55,898 nt of DNA from Bacteroidales bacterium (lineage in GTDB: Bacteria > Bacteroidota > Bacteroidia > Bacteroidales > VadinHA17). Every line of letters begins with the position of its first letter. Position 1 is the stretch's first letter. The DNA lies in assembly GCA_012519515.1 (NCBI GenBank), contig JAAYQC010000052.1:1-55898 (forward strand), read 5' to 3'. The position numbers and the translations under genes are program-made. Positions 17,899 through 27,612 of the stretch are shown here, piece by piece. The notes under the pieces are model-generated. The model made no database searches. It was not told where the DNA came from and saw only the letters and a program-made list of their open reading frames with translations.

Positions 17899-20361
17899 AT
17901 GGAAATGAGATTCAGAAAACCTGTCCGCGAATTCCTGCTGCCCGACATCATTGACGGAGAAGGCGATATTGTTCCCATTATTGCCGACGGAGAGGACGGA
18001 GACCTGGAGGATATAGACGTACCTGATTCAATCCCCATCTTATCGCTCCGGAATACTGTTCTTTTCCCGGGTGTGGTGCTTCCCATAGCCATCGGACGAC
18101 CACGGTCGGTTCAGCTGATCAAGGAAGCCTATCGTACCGACAAAATAGTGGGAACAGTTGCCCAGAAAGATCCCGATACCGATAATCCTTCATTCGACGA
18201 GCTTCATACTGTCGGTACCATCGGACAGATAGTGAAATTGCTCGAGATGCCCGACGGCTCAACAACAGCGATAATCCAGGGAAGGAAAAGAATGGTTCTC
18301 AACGAGCTTATAACCGATTCTCCCTACTTCATTGCCCGTGTGAGAACTATCCCGGAGATAAAACCCGAATCGCCAAGCAAGGATTTTGATGCAATAGTCG
18401 GATCGCTTAAAGACCTCTCACTCAGAATCATCAAGATTAATCCAACCATCAGTCCCGAGGCTTCCTTTGCCATCAAGAATATTGAGAACAATACATACCT
18501 GATTAATTTCATCTGTTCAAATACCGATATAAAGGTTCAGGACAAGCAGAGGCTTCTTGAAATTAACAGTTTGAGAGACAGGGGATATTCGCTTATGGAG
18601 CACCTTGTACAGGAGATACAGCTTCTTGAACTGAAGAATGAGCTGCAGTCGAAGGTGAAAAGCGATCTCGACCAGCAGCAGAGGGAATTCCTCCTTCACC
18701 AGCAGATGAAGACAATACAGAATGAACTGGGGGGAAACCCTCTTGAAAAGGAAATAGAGGAATTCAGAAAAAAGGCCGAAGCAAAGAGCTGGCCGAAAGA
18801 GGTCGCCGCAACTTTCGGAAAAGAGCTTGGAAAACTCAGCAGGCTCAATCCCGCGGCATCCGAATACTCGGTCCAGATAAACTACGTCCAGACACTTCTC
18901 GATCTTCCCTGGGAATCTTACACAGAAGACAATCTCGACCTTAACAATGCACGGAAAGTCCTCGACGATGACCATTTCGGCCTCGACGAGGTGAAGGAGA
19001 GAATACTCGAACATCTGGCGGTTCTTAAGCTCAAGGGCGACCTGAAATCTCCAATCCTTTGCCTTTACGGCCCTCCCGGTGTCGGAAAAACCTCGCTGGG
19101 AAGATCGGTGGCCAAAGCACTTAACAGAAAATATGTCAGAATGTCACTCGGCGGGCTTCATGATGAAGCTGAGATCAGGGGACACAGGAAAACATATATC
19201 GGGGCAATGCCGGGACGGATAATCCAGAACCTTAAAAGAGCAGGATCATCCAATCCGGTTTTCATACTCGATGAGATTGACAAGGTAGGGCAGGACTTCA
19301 GGGGAGATCCCTCTTCAGCCCTTCTCGAAGTACTTGATCCTGAACAGAACAGTACCTTCTTCGATAATTTTATCGAAATGGAATATGACCTTTCAAAAGT
19401 CCTTTTCATAGCCACTGCCAACACCCTTTCCACTGTCGGCCCCGCACTGAGAGACAGGATGGAGCTTATTGAGATAACCGGTTACCTGGTCGAGGAAAAA
19501 CTCGAGATCGCCAGGCAGTACCTTCTTCCCAAACAACTCGAAAACCATGGGGTAAAGGCTGATCAGCTGATCATAGGCAAGCAGGTTCTGGAAACAATTA
19601 TAGATAAATACACCCGCGAATCGGGTGTCAGGGAACTTGATAAGAAACTGGCAAAGATAGTCAGGGTGACAGCCAAAAACATTGCCTCCGAAATCAATTA
19701 CAATCCCGAACTGTCGGATGAAATGCTGACACAAATACTCGGTCCGCCTAAGTACATCCGCGATCTCTATGCCGGGAACGAACAGGCCGGTGTTGTGACA
19801 GGTCTTGCATGGACGGCAGCGGGAGGCGAGATTCTGTTTGTAGAGACCAGCCTCAGCAGGGGCTCCGGCAAACTGACACTTACGGGAAATCTCGGCGAGG
19901 TAATGAAAGAATCGGCTATCATTGCCCTCGAATACCTGAAGTCGAATGCCGAACTGCTCGACCTGCCCGATAATTTCTCCGAAAAATGGAACATCCATAT
20001 CCATGTGCCAGAGGGAGCCATTCCAAAAGACGGCCCGTCGGCAGGAATAACCATGGCAGCTTCAATAGCCTCGGCATTCACACAGCGTAAAGTGAAGAAA
20101 CACCTTGCCATGACCGGCGAAATTACCCTGAGGGGAAAAGTGCTTCCGGTCGGAGGAATAAAGGAGAAAATTCTTGCTGCCAAGCGTTCAAGCATCAGGG
20201 AAATAATCCTTTCGGAAGATAACAGGAAGGATGTTGAGGATATCAAGCCCATCTATATAGAAGGACTTAAGTTCAACTATGTCAACACCATCATGGAAGC
20301 TCTAAATCTTACGCTTCTCAGGCAAAAAGTAAAAAACCCCAAAAAAATCACATTTGAATGA
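17899..20361 (+). CDS. lon: ATP-dependent protease La
   Basis: LON N-domain; Walker A GPPGVGKTS; catalytic PKDGPSAG; GGIKEK. Confidence 0.98.
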   Translation: MEMRFRKPVREFLLPDIIDGEGDIVPIIADGEDGDLEDIDVPDSIPILSLRNTVLFPGVVLPIAIGRPRSVQLIKEAYRTDKIVGTVAQKDPDTDNPSFDELHTVGTIGQIVKLLEMPDGSTTAIIQGRKRMVLNELITDSPYFIARVRTIPEIKPESPSKDFDAIVGSLKDLSLRIIKINPTISPEASFAIKNIENNTYLINFICSNTDIKVQDKQRLLEINSLRDRGYSLMEHLVQEIQLLELKNELQSKVKSDLDQQQREFLLHQQMKTIQNELGGNPLEKEIEEFRKKAEAKSWPKEVAATFGKELGKLSRLNPAASEYSVQINYVQTLLDLPWESYTEDNLDLNNARKVLDDDHFGLDEVKERILEHLAVLKLKGDLKSPILCLYGPPGVGKTSLGRSVAKALNRKYVRMSLGGLHDEAEIRGHRKTYIGAMPGRIIQNLKRAGSSNPVFILDEIDKVGQDFRGDPSSALLEVLDPEQNSTFFDNFIEMEYDLSKVLFIATANTLSTVGPALRDRMELIEITGYLVEEKLEIARQYLLPKQLENHGVKADQLIIGKQVLETIIDKYTRESGVRELDKKLAKIVRVTAKNIASEINYNPELSDEMLTQILGPPKYIRDLYAGNEQAGVVTGLAWTAAGGEILFVETSLSRGSGKLTLTGNLGEVMKESAIIALEYLKSNAELLDLPDNFSEKWNIHIHVPEGAIPKDGPSAGITMAASIASAFTQRKVKKHLAMTGEITLRGKVLPVGGIKEKILAAKRSSIREIILSEDNRKDVEDIKPIYIEGLKFNYVNTIMEALNLTLLRQKVKNPKKITFE

Positions 20362-20840
20362 GAAGAATTGCCGTTTTTCCGGGCTCCTTCGATCCTTTCA
20401 CCATAGGCCACGAAGGAATAGTAAAAAGAGCTCTCGTTCTATTCGATGAGATAATCATTGCTGTGGGAGCTAACGCTCTTAAAAAGAACTATTACTCACT
20501 GGAAACGAGGAAAAAGATGATTGCCGCGACATTCAGGGATGAACCTAGGATCACTGTCGATCATTATGAAGGCCTGACTGTCGATTATTGCAGGAAAAAA
20601 GGCGCCGGATACCTTCTCAGGGGATTACGGACCGCTGCCGACTTTGAGTTCGAAAGAGCCATTGCCCAGATAAACCGGACAATAATGCCGGACGTGGAAA
20701 CTGTCTTCCTTCTGACGGTGCCGGAACATACCTCAGTGAATTCGACAATAGTACGAGATATCATCAGAAGCGGGGGAGATGCCTCAAGGTTTGTCCCTGC
20801 CGTGATAAACATAAACGATTACAAGGGAGAGGACCTCTGA
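20358..20840 (+). CDS. coaD: Pantetheine-phosphate adenylyltransferase
   Basis: FPGSFDPFTIGH and LRGLRTAADFEFE motifs; 4-bp overlap with lon. Confidence 0.96.
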   Translation: MRRIAVFPGSFDPFTIGHEGIVKRALVLFDEIIIAVGANALKKNYYSLETRKKMIAATFRDEPRITVDHYEGLTVDYCRKKGAGYLLRGLRTAADFEFERAIAQINRTIMPDVETVFLLTVPEHTSVNSTIVRDIIRSGGDASRFVPAVININDYKGEDL

Positions 20841-20881
20841 GGATCGCAAACCTTGCAAACTCCTGTGAAAAGACAGGCGAA

Positions 20882-21493
20882 TCAGGTCTTTAGAACGGAT
20901 GAATTTATAAGATCCATCAGCGAGAGCCAGGCTTTTGACTTGATAGAACTCAGTTCTTCGGGCGACAGCCATTCCACCCGGGTTATGCCTTCCTCAACCT
21001 GGGGTTCCATTATCATCTCTCCGTCATAATCCATCAGGAACCAGTTTGTTTTTTTAAGATATGAAATGCCTTCCCAGCTGTAGGTGTGGTAGCTTGGGTT
21101 AAGGGTTTTTACAATATATTGCCCAATGATGCCGCATTCTTCCGAAACCTCCCTCAGCGCGCATGCTTCAGGCTTTTCGCCCGGCTCCATATGGCCCTTG
21201 GGCAGATCGAGCATTCCCTTCTTTTCAATGAAAAGATACTTGCCTGAAGTGTGCCTTACCAAACCGCCTGCCGCTCCGACTTCAGTGAAATAGATCCTGA
21301 ACATTTTCCAGATGTGGGTTATGTTAGTACCATATACATTGACTGAATGAAGGGAGCTGTCGGCCTGGAATCCGGCTATAAGCTTATAAAGTTCTTTTGT
21401 CGTATAAAACTTATGGAATAAGGAGTATTTTTGCAGACGGTCAGGTTCGGGACTGATCATTATGAACCGGTTCTCAAAATGAACTTTATACAT
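20882..21493 (-). CDS. NUDIX hydrolase
   Basis: AAGGLV and Nudix box LPKGHMEPGEKPEACALREVSEECG. Confidence 0.9.
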   Translation of the reverse strand: MYKVHFENRFIMISPEPDRLQKYSLFHKFYTTKELYKLIAGFQADSSLHSVNVYGTNITHIWKMFRIYFTEVGAAGGLVRHTSGKYLFIEKKGMLDLPKGHMEPGEKPEACALREVSEECGIIGQYIVKTLNPSYHTYSWEGISYLKKTNWFLMDYDGEMIMEPQVEEGITRVEWLSPEELSSIKSKAWLSLMDLINSSVLKT

Positions 21494-21499
21494 CACGAA

Positions 21500-22135
21500 A
21501 TGGATAATAGCGCTAAAAAGATTGCCGAATATCTCTTACAAATTAAAGCAATTAAATTGCAACCGTCAAATCCTTTTACATGGGCTTCGGGGTGGAAATC
21601 ACCGATTTATTGCGATAACCGCCGCACTCTTTCTTTTCCTGAAGTAAGATCTTATATAAGGGATTCCTTTGCAACAGCCATAAGTATGTACTATCCTGGT
21701 ACAGAGCTTATTGCCGGTGTTGCAACCGGGGCAATAGCCCACGGAGTCCTGGTTGCTGAAAAGCTTGGCCTGCCTTTTATCTATGTCAGGCCGGAGGCAA
21801 AGGGACACGGTCTTGGAAACCGGATAGAAGGTTTCTTTGAAAAGGGACAGAAGCTTGTAGTCATTGAGGATCTTATCTCCACGGGAGCCAGCAGCCTTGG
21901 AGCCGTCAAAGCCCTGAGGGAAGCCGGTTGCGCGGTCCTTGGAATGGCTGCCATCTTTACCTACGAATTCGCCAGATCAGCCGACGGATTCAAAGAAGCA
22001 GCCTGCGAACTGCATGCACTCAGTAACTATACAACACTTGTCTCAACAGCTGTTGACACAGGTTACATAACTGACGATGATGTTGAAACACTGAAAAAAT
22101 GGAGGCTCAATCCGGCTGGATGGGGCATAGGATAG
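21500..22135 (+). CDS. pyrE: Orotate phosphoribosyltransferase
   Basis: FTWASGWKSPIYCDNR and VVIEDLISTG motifs; start placed at MDNSAKK (21500). Confidence 0.95.
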   Translation: MDNSAKKIAEYLLQIKAIKLQPSNPFTWASGWKSPIYCDNRRTLSFPEVRSYIRDSFATAISMYYPGTELIAGVATGAIAHGVLVAEKLGLPFIYVRPEAKGHGLGNRIEGFFEKGQKLVVIEDLISTGASSLGAVKALREAGCAVLGMAAIFTYEFARSADGFKEAACELHALSNYTTLVSTAVDTGYITDDDVETLKKWRLNPAGWGIG

Positions 22136-22137
22136 TT

Positions 22138-22566
22138 ATGGCAGCACTGTCAAATTTTGAAAGCCGTAAGGGCAGCCTTTCATGCACTCCTTCCGAGATT
22201 TTTGATTTTGTAAGCGATATACGGAATCTCAGGCAGTTCGTTCCTGAAAATGTGGTGGAGGATCTTGTGATTGAAGAGAATGCCTGCAGCTTTAGTGTTC
22301 CGGCAATGGGAAAGGTAATTATAAGACTCTCGGAAAAAGAGCCGGTGAAAAAGCTGGTTTACAGCGGTAATGCATTGCAGTCGAATGACTTCTCCCTTGT
22401 GCTTGACATAATGGAAACAGCCGGGGGAAAGGCAGAGGTTATGCTAAGGCTTGCAGCATATATGAACCCTGTTATGAAGATGATGGCTTCCGGTCTTGTT
22501 TCCGACTTCCTTGAGAAACTGATTATGGAGATGGAAAGATTCCGTAACTGGAAACAGAAAGCTTAA
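22138..22566 (+). CDS. SRPBCC/CoxG-like family protein
   Basis: EIFDFVSDIRNLRQFVP...MNPVMKMMA; the usual gene downstream of pyrE in Bacteroidota. Confidence 0.7.
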   Translation: MAALSNFESRKGSLSCTPSEIFDFVSDIRNLRQFVPENVVEDLVIEENACSFSVPAMGKVIIRLSEKEPVKKLVYSGNALQSNDFSLVLDIMETAGGKAEVMLRLAAYMNPVMKMMASGLVSDFLEKLIMEMERFRNWKQKA

Positions 22567-22593
22567 ATTCTGCAATAGCCGTTCTCCCGGTCT

Positions 22594-23334
22594 TTAAATG
22601 ATGAACCCGATTTCCTTGAAGGCGAATTCATTGGCCTTTCCGGCCCTGTTTTCTATCCTTAGACAGCCGGATTCGCTCACTGCCACGATCCTGCCGTTTA
22701 TGATGCCTCCAGACGTCATGTAATCATGCCATTCGCCAAAACGGTAAAGCAGGGCAACATAGTCATCCCTTATCTGATCCCACTCGCCGGTGATCAGTTT
22801 TTTATAGCGCATGTCAAGGCATTTTAAAAGTTCTTTCAGACACAGATCTGTGTCGTAATTTATACCTGTGATCATCTTCAGGGAAACCGGGTTGGGGATT
22901 TGCTCAGGGAAAACCTCCTGGTTGATATTGAGTCCGATGCCGGCAACACTGCTGGTTATTGCATTTCCGGCTATTGAATTTTCAATCAGAATACCTGCTA
23001 TTTTGTCATCCCCTGCATAAATATCATTTGGCCATTTTATTTTACATCCGGAGATGATCGTGTTCAGATAATCGTGGATACCCAGGGAAATGAATTCACA
23101 AAGTAAAAACTGCTCAGTGGCTGCCAACATGTTCGGGAATAGTATGATGCTGAATAACAGGTTTTTCCCGTCTTCGCTCTCCCAGCTGTTTCCCAGTTGT
23201 CCCTTTCCTGCCGACTGATAGCCTGCACGAATGACCATGCCCTCACGTGTCATACCCGATCTTATATAATCCGCGGCCGTGGTATTCGTTGATACAACAT
23301 TACTCAAAAAGATGATTTCAGATCCTATTATCAT
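22594..23334 (-). CDS. birA: Biotin--[acetyl-CoA-carboxylase] ligase (no HTH)
   Basis: STN, QSAGKGQ..NSWES, KWPNDIY..KIAGILIE and GIGLNINQ motifs. Confidence 0.93.
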   Translation of the reverse strand: MIIGSEIIFLSNVVSTNTTAADYIRSGMTREGMVIRAGYQSAGKGQLGNSWESEDGKNLLFSIILFPNMLAATEQFLLCEFISLGIHDYLNTIISGCKIKWPNDIYAGDDKIAGILIENSIAGNAITSSVAGIGLNINQEVFPEQIPNPVSLKMITGINYDTDLCLKELLKCLDMRYKKLITGEWDQIRDDYVALLYRFGEWHDYMTSGGIINGRIVAVSESGCLRIENRAGKANEFAFKEIGFII

Positions 23335-23392
23335 TTCACGATTTCCCTCTGGCCACTGCCAGATTTGCTGAAGGACAGAGACAAACTGACGA

Positions 23393-23408
23393 TGGCACTG
23401 TTATTGCA
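23393..23408 (+). promoter_or_regulatory. Candidate sigma54 -24/-12 promoter of rsfS-ftsH
   Basis: TGGCACTGTTATTGCA matches TGGCAC-N5-TTGCA; a TACTTTTG -7 element also lies at 23450-23457. Confidence 0.65.
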
Positions 23409-23484
23409 CATTATGGAACGAAAGCGGCAAAAATACAGATAAAAGTTTGTACTTTTGCAACTTGATGTTTAACGAATCTCTTTG

Positions 23485-23859
23485 ATGAAGAAAGGACAGG
23501 ACGGGACGGAATTACTTCTGAAATCTATAGCAAAAGGTATTTTTGAGAAGAAAGGAAAAGATGTTCTTAAAATTGACCTGAGGAAACTGGATAACCGGAT
23601 ATCCGATTACTTCATAGTTTGCCATGGTTCGTCGGTCAGTCAGGTCGATGCAATATGCGACGCGGTTGAAGACACCGTTATCCGGGATACAGGAGAAAGA
23701 CCGTCGCATGTCGAGGGACTGGAAAATTGTTTCTGGGTCCTGCTCGATTATGGAAATGTTGTTGTTCACATATTCCTTGAGGAGTACAGGCATTTCTACA
23801 ACCTTGAATCATTGTGGGCCGATGCTTCCATGGAAGAGATAAGTGATAACTTAAGTTAA
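23485..23859 (+). CDS. rsfS: Ribosome silencing factor
   Basis: EKKG..DYFIVCHG.S..QV; WVLLDYGNVVVHIF...FYNLESLWAD. Confidence 0.95.
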   Translation: MKKGQDGTELLLKSIAKGIFEKKGKDVLKIDLRKLDNRISDYFIVCHGSSVSQVDAICDAVEDTVIRDTGERPSHVEGLENCFWVLLDYGNVVVHIFLEEYRHFYNLESLWADASMEEISDNLS

Positions 23860-23869
23860 GATTTTATTT

Positions 23870-26026
23870 ATGGCTGAAAACGAAAATAAAAACAAAGGTC
23901 CGGTTAAAGCTCCGGAACCAAATATGAAACCAAAGTTCAATTCGAACTGGATTTTCGCCATTCTTATCATATCATTCCTTGCCATTAACCTGATCTACGG
24001 CGGTAAGACAACTCCAAAAATTCAGACCAGGCAGTTGAAGGAAATGATCAGCAATAAGGAGATTGAAAGAATAGTACTGGTTAACAAGGAATATGCTGAG
24101 ATTTACCTGAAGAAAGAGGTGCTGGAGTCGGGAAAATATACCGATATTCTGAAACCCGGCAGCGGACCAATGAATTTCGGGGTGCAGAAACCGCACTATA
24201 CCCATAATATTGGAGACCTTGCCACTTTCGAGGAATTCCTTCAGAAGGAACAGGAAAATGCCGGTTACGCCGATAAGGAGATTATTTATCCCGAAACAGA
24301 GACGCGCCGCAATTATATAGGTGAGATACTCGGATGGACACTTCCCTTCATACTGCTTATCTTCCTCTGGATCTTCATGATGAGACGAATGACCGGTGGA
24401 GCCGGAGGTGCTGCGGGAGGCATTTTCAGCGTTGGCAAATCAAAAGCCCAGATCTTCGACAGGGAATCAAACGTAAAGATCAATTTCAGCGATGTTGCCG
24501 GTCTCGAGGAAGCCAAAACGGAAGTAATGGAGATAGTTGATTTCCTCAAGAATCCGAAAAAATACACGGCACTTGGCGGTAAAATACCCAAGGGAGCTAT
24601 TCTGATAGGCCCTCCCGGAACGGGTAAAACTCTTCTGGCCAAGGCGGTGGCCGGCGAAGCAAACGTTCCTTTCTTCTCAATCTCCGGTTCCGATTTCGTT
24701 GAAATGTTCGTCGGCGTCGGAGCATCCAGGGTAAGGGACCTGTTCAAGCAGGCAAAGGAAAAAGCTCCATGCATTGTGTTTATCGATGAGATTGACGCGG
24801 TCGGCAGGGCAAGGGGTAAGAATGTGAACTTCGGATCGAATGACGAAAGGGAAAACACCCTGAACCAGCTCCTTACAGAGATGGACGGCTTCGGTACAAA
24901 TATGGGCGTAATAATTCTCGCCGCCACTAACAGGGCCGATATCCTCGACAGAGCACTTCTAAGGGCAGGAAGATTCGACAGGCAGATCCATGTTGAACTA
25001 CCCGAACTTACTGAGAGGGAAGCAATATTCAAGGTACACCTCCGGCCTATTAAACTCGAAAAGGATTTTGATGTGAGCTTCCTGGCAAAACAGACACCGG
25101 GATTCTCAGGAGCTGATATCGCAAATGTTTGCAATGAGGCTGCACTTATCGCGGCAAGAAAGAATAAGAATGTAGTCGAAAAGCAGGACTTCCTTAATGC
25201 TATCGACAGGATAGTGGGCGGACTGGAACGCAAAAGCAAGATCATCTCAATGGATGAAAAGCGAACCATCGCGTACCACGAGGCCGGTCATGCCACAGTG
25301 AGCTGGCTGCTCGAACATGCAAGCCCGCTTGTAAAGGTTACAATTATTCCCAGGGGAAGAGCTCTCGGGGCAGCATGGTACCTGCCGGAAGAAAGACAGA
25401 TAACTACCAGGGAACAACTACTCGATGAAATGGCCTACGCACTCGGAGGAAGAGCCGCGGAACAGATTATATTCGGGAAAATATCAACAGGAGCCCTGAA
25501 CGACCTCGAAAAGGTGACAAAACAGGCATATGCTATGGTCTCCTACTTCGGTATGAGCGAAAAGATAGGCAATATAAGCTTTTACGACTCATCGGGACAA
25601 TCGGATTACGGATTTACAAAACCCTATAGTGAAAGGACTGCCGAATTGATCGACCAGGAGGTTAAAAAAATTATTTCAGAATCCTTCGATCGGGCTGTTG
25701 AGCTTCTGGAAAAACACAAGGAGGGATTGACTGAGCTGGCAGAACTGCTTCTTGAAAAAGAGGTCATATTCAGCGAGGATGTGGAAAAAATCTTTGGCAA
25801 GAGGAAGGCGGATATTATAAAGGAACAGAAGGAACGTGAAAAAGAAACTCAGACAGGTAATGAAACGGAGCCGGAAGTATCTGAACCTGAAAAGGAAATA
25901 AGTGATCCTTCTCCTTCGGATGCACAGGAAACGGGCAGTAGTGACGGTCCGGAGACCGGCGGAGATCAAGGATCCGTCAGGCAGGAAGGGAATAATACAG
26001 CTTCACAACAATCTGCCAAAGACTAA
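23870..26026 (+). CDS. ftsH: ATP-dependent zinc metalloprotease FtsH
   Basis: Two TM helices; GPPGTGKT; HEAGH zinc motif; acidic low-complexity C-terminal tail. Confidence 0.98.
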   Translation: MAENENKNKGPVKAPEPNMKPKFNSNWIFAILIISFLAINLIYGGKTTPKIQTRQLKEMISNKEIERIVLVNKEYAEIYLKKEVLESGKYTDILKPGSGPMNFGVQKPHYTHNIGDLATFEEFLQKEQENAGYADKEIIYPETETRRNYIGEILGWTLPFILLIFLWIFMMRRMTGGAGGAAGGIFSVGKSKAQIFDRESNVKINFSDVAGLEEAKTEVMEIVDFLKNPKKYTALGGKIPKGAILIGPPGTGKTLLAKAVAGEANVPFFSISGSDFVEMFVGVGASRVRDLFKQAKEKAPCIVFIDEIDAVGRARGKNVNFGSNDERENTLNQLLTEMDGFGTNMGVIILAATNRADILDRALLRAGRFDRQIHVELPELTEREAIFKVHLRPIKLEKDFDVSFLAKQTPGFSGADIANVCNEAALIAARKNKNVVEKQDFLNAIDRIVGGLERKSKIISMDEKRTIAYHEAGHATVSWLLEHASPLVKVTIIPRGRALGAAWYLPEERQITTREQLLDEMAYALGGRAAEQIIFGKISTGALNDLEKVTKQAYAMVSYFGMSEKIGNISFYDSSGQSDYGFTKPYSERTAELIDQEVKKIISESFDRAVELLEKHKEGLTELAELLLEKEVIFSEDVEKIFGKRKADIIKEQKEREKETQTGNETEPEVSEPEKEISDPSPSDAQETGSSDGPETGGDQGSVRQEGNNTASQQSAKD

Positions 26027-26054
26027 ACATTCAAACAGTTAAAAGCTTGTTAAA

Positions 26055-26897
26055 TTGGGTAATTTCTCCACCAGGACACTGACTGCGGTCTGGATAGTGA
26101 TTTTTATACTTGGAGGCTTTTGGCTCCATCCTGTTTCGTTTTTTGTAACCGGATTTCTTCTGCTTTGCGGGGCCATGTACGAATACTACCTGATGGTAAA
26201 AAGCACGGGCGTGAGACCCCAGGTAATAACCGGCATCATCACCGGAGCTGCAATGTATTCCATCGCCACTCTTGTAGCGGCAGGGATTATCGGTAATGAG
26301 TACTTCCTGCTGCTTGTGATCCCTGCCCAGATCATCCTGGTTACCCAACTTTACCGCGAACAGGATAGACCTTTCGATTCTCTGGCACATACCTTCTTCG
26401 GGATATTCTACGTGGGAATACCATTCTCCTTCTTCCCTTTTGCAGCCTTCTCAAGAACAGGTTTCAGGGCAATCCTTCCACATCCCGATATAGTGTTTTC
26501 ACCTGGACTGGTTATAGGATTCCTGATTCTTCTGTGGACCTACGACACGGGTGCATATCTTACCGGCGTCGCCTTTGGCAAACACAGGCTTATGGAAAGG
26601 ATATCCCCGAAGAAATCGTGGGAGGGTTTTTTCGGAGGCCTGCTGCTGGCTGTCGCTGTCGCATGGCTTCTCTCAGGCTGGTTCGGGATAACAAGTACCG
26701 CGGGCTGGATGGTTATTGCACTTATTATTGCAGTTGCCGGTACCTACGGCGACCTTACCGAATCAATGCTCAAGAGGAGCAGCGGAGTGAAGGATTCCGG
26801 TTCCCTGCTGCCGGGGCATGGTGGACTGCTCGACCGGTTTGACAGCGCACTGTTCTCGTTTCCTTTGGTTTATCTTTTTATCACTCTTTTTGGTTGA
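26055..26897 (+). CDS. cdsA: Phosphatidate cytidylyltransferase
   Basis: DTGAY, ISPKKSWEG and KDSGSLLPGHGGLLDRFDS motifs; TTG start. Confidence 0.95.
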   Translation: MGNFSTRTLTAVWIVIFILGGFWLHPVSFFVTGFLLLCGAMYEYYLMVKSTGVRPQVITGIITGAAMYSIATLVAAGIIGNEYFLLLVIPAQIILVTQLYREQDRPFDSLAHTFFGIFYVGIPFSFFPFAAFSRTGFRAILPHPDIVFSPGLVIGFLILLWTYDTGAYLTGVAFGKHRLMERISPKKSWEGFFGGLLLAVAVAWLLSGWFGITSTAGWMVIALIIAVAGTYGDLTESMLKRSSGVKDSGSLLPGHGGLLDRFDSALFSFPLVYLFITLFG

Positions 26898-26920
26898 TTG
26901 GCAAGTGTTGATTAGTTTTG
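26889..26920 (+). promoter_or_regulatory. Promoter of psd
   Basis: TTTG, 20-nt spacer, TAGTTTTG. Confidence 0.6.
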
Positions 26921-26942
26921 CGGAAATTTATTCATTTAAGGA

Positions 26943-27599
26943 ATGGCCATTCACAGGGAAGGATACAAAATAATTGCTGTCGGGTTTATTATTCTGCTGA
27001 TTATTAACATAATAGCGGGAATAATGTTGCCCGATAAGTCTTTTCTGAAATGGATGGTACTTCTCCTGTCGCTTTCATTATATGTTTTCATACTCTTTTT
27101 CTTCAGACTTCCATCCAGGCAGCTCCAGCCGGATCCCGGACTGATCTATGCACCGGCCGACGGAAAAGTGGTTGTTATAGAGGAAACCGTGGAAAATGAA
27201 TATTTCAAAGACCAGCGTCTCCAGATATCGATATTCATGTCGCCTTTCAATATGCACAGCAACAGGTATCCGGTGTCGGGTTCAGTGAAACAGGTATATT
27301 ACCATCCCGGGAAATACATGGTGGCCTGGCATCCAAAATCATCGGAACTGAACGAAAGAAGCAGCGTGGTAATCGAAACTGAAAACGGAACAGAGATACT
27401 GGTCAGACAGATTGCCGGAGCTGTGGCACGGCGGATCGTGACATATGCCAAACCGGGACAAAAGGTAACCCAGGGAGGAGAACTTGGTTTTATAAAGTTC
27501 GGTTCGAGGGTGGATGTTTTCCTGCCGCTCGGAACTGAAATAGAAGTGCCTATCCTGCAGCAGGTTAAGGCAAACAAAAGCATTATAGCAAAAATCTGA
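26943..27599 (+). CDS. psd: Phosphatidylserine decarboxylase proenzyme
   Basis: APADGKV, IFMSPFNMH, QIAGAVARRI and GFIKFGSRVD self-cleavage motif. Confidence 0.95.
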   Translation: MAIHREGYKIIAVGFIILLIINIIAGIMLPDKSFLKWMVLLLSLSLYVFILFFFRLPSRQLQPDPGLIYAPADGKVVVIEETVENEYFKDQRLQISIFMSPFNMHSNRYPVSGSVKQVYYHPGKYMVAWHPKSSELNERSSVVIETENGTEILVRQIAGAVARRIVTYAKPGQKVTQGGELGFIKFGSRVDVFLPLGTEIEVPILQQVKANKSIIAKI

Positions 27600-27612
27600 A
27601 AAAACCTGATTC

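Noticed and set aside
21431-21499. Upstream extensions in the ORF track (pyrE, ispH, QC, CapA, ABC ATPase, DUF5683, pssA)
   Set aside because: They overlap neighbouring genes or promoter elements; downstream starts fit the family N-termini better.
24313-25269. 318-aa antisense ORF inside ftsH (likewise 19393-20004, 46728-47384, 48304-48834)
   Set aside because: Shadow frames of conserved genes with no recognisable motifs.
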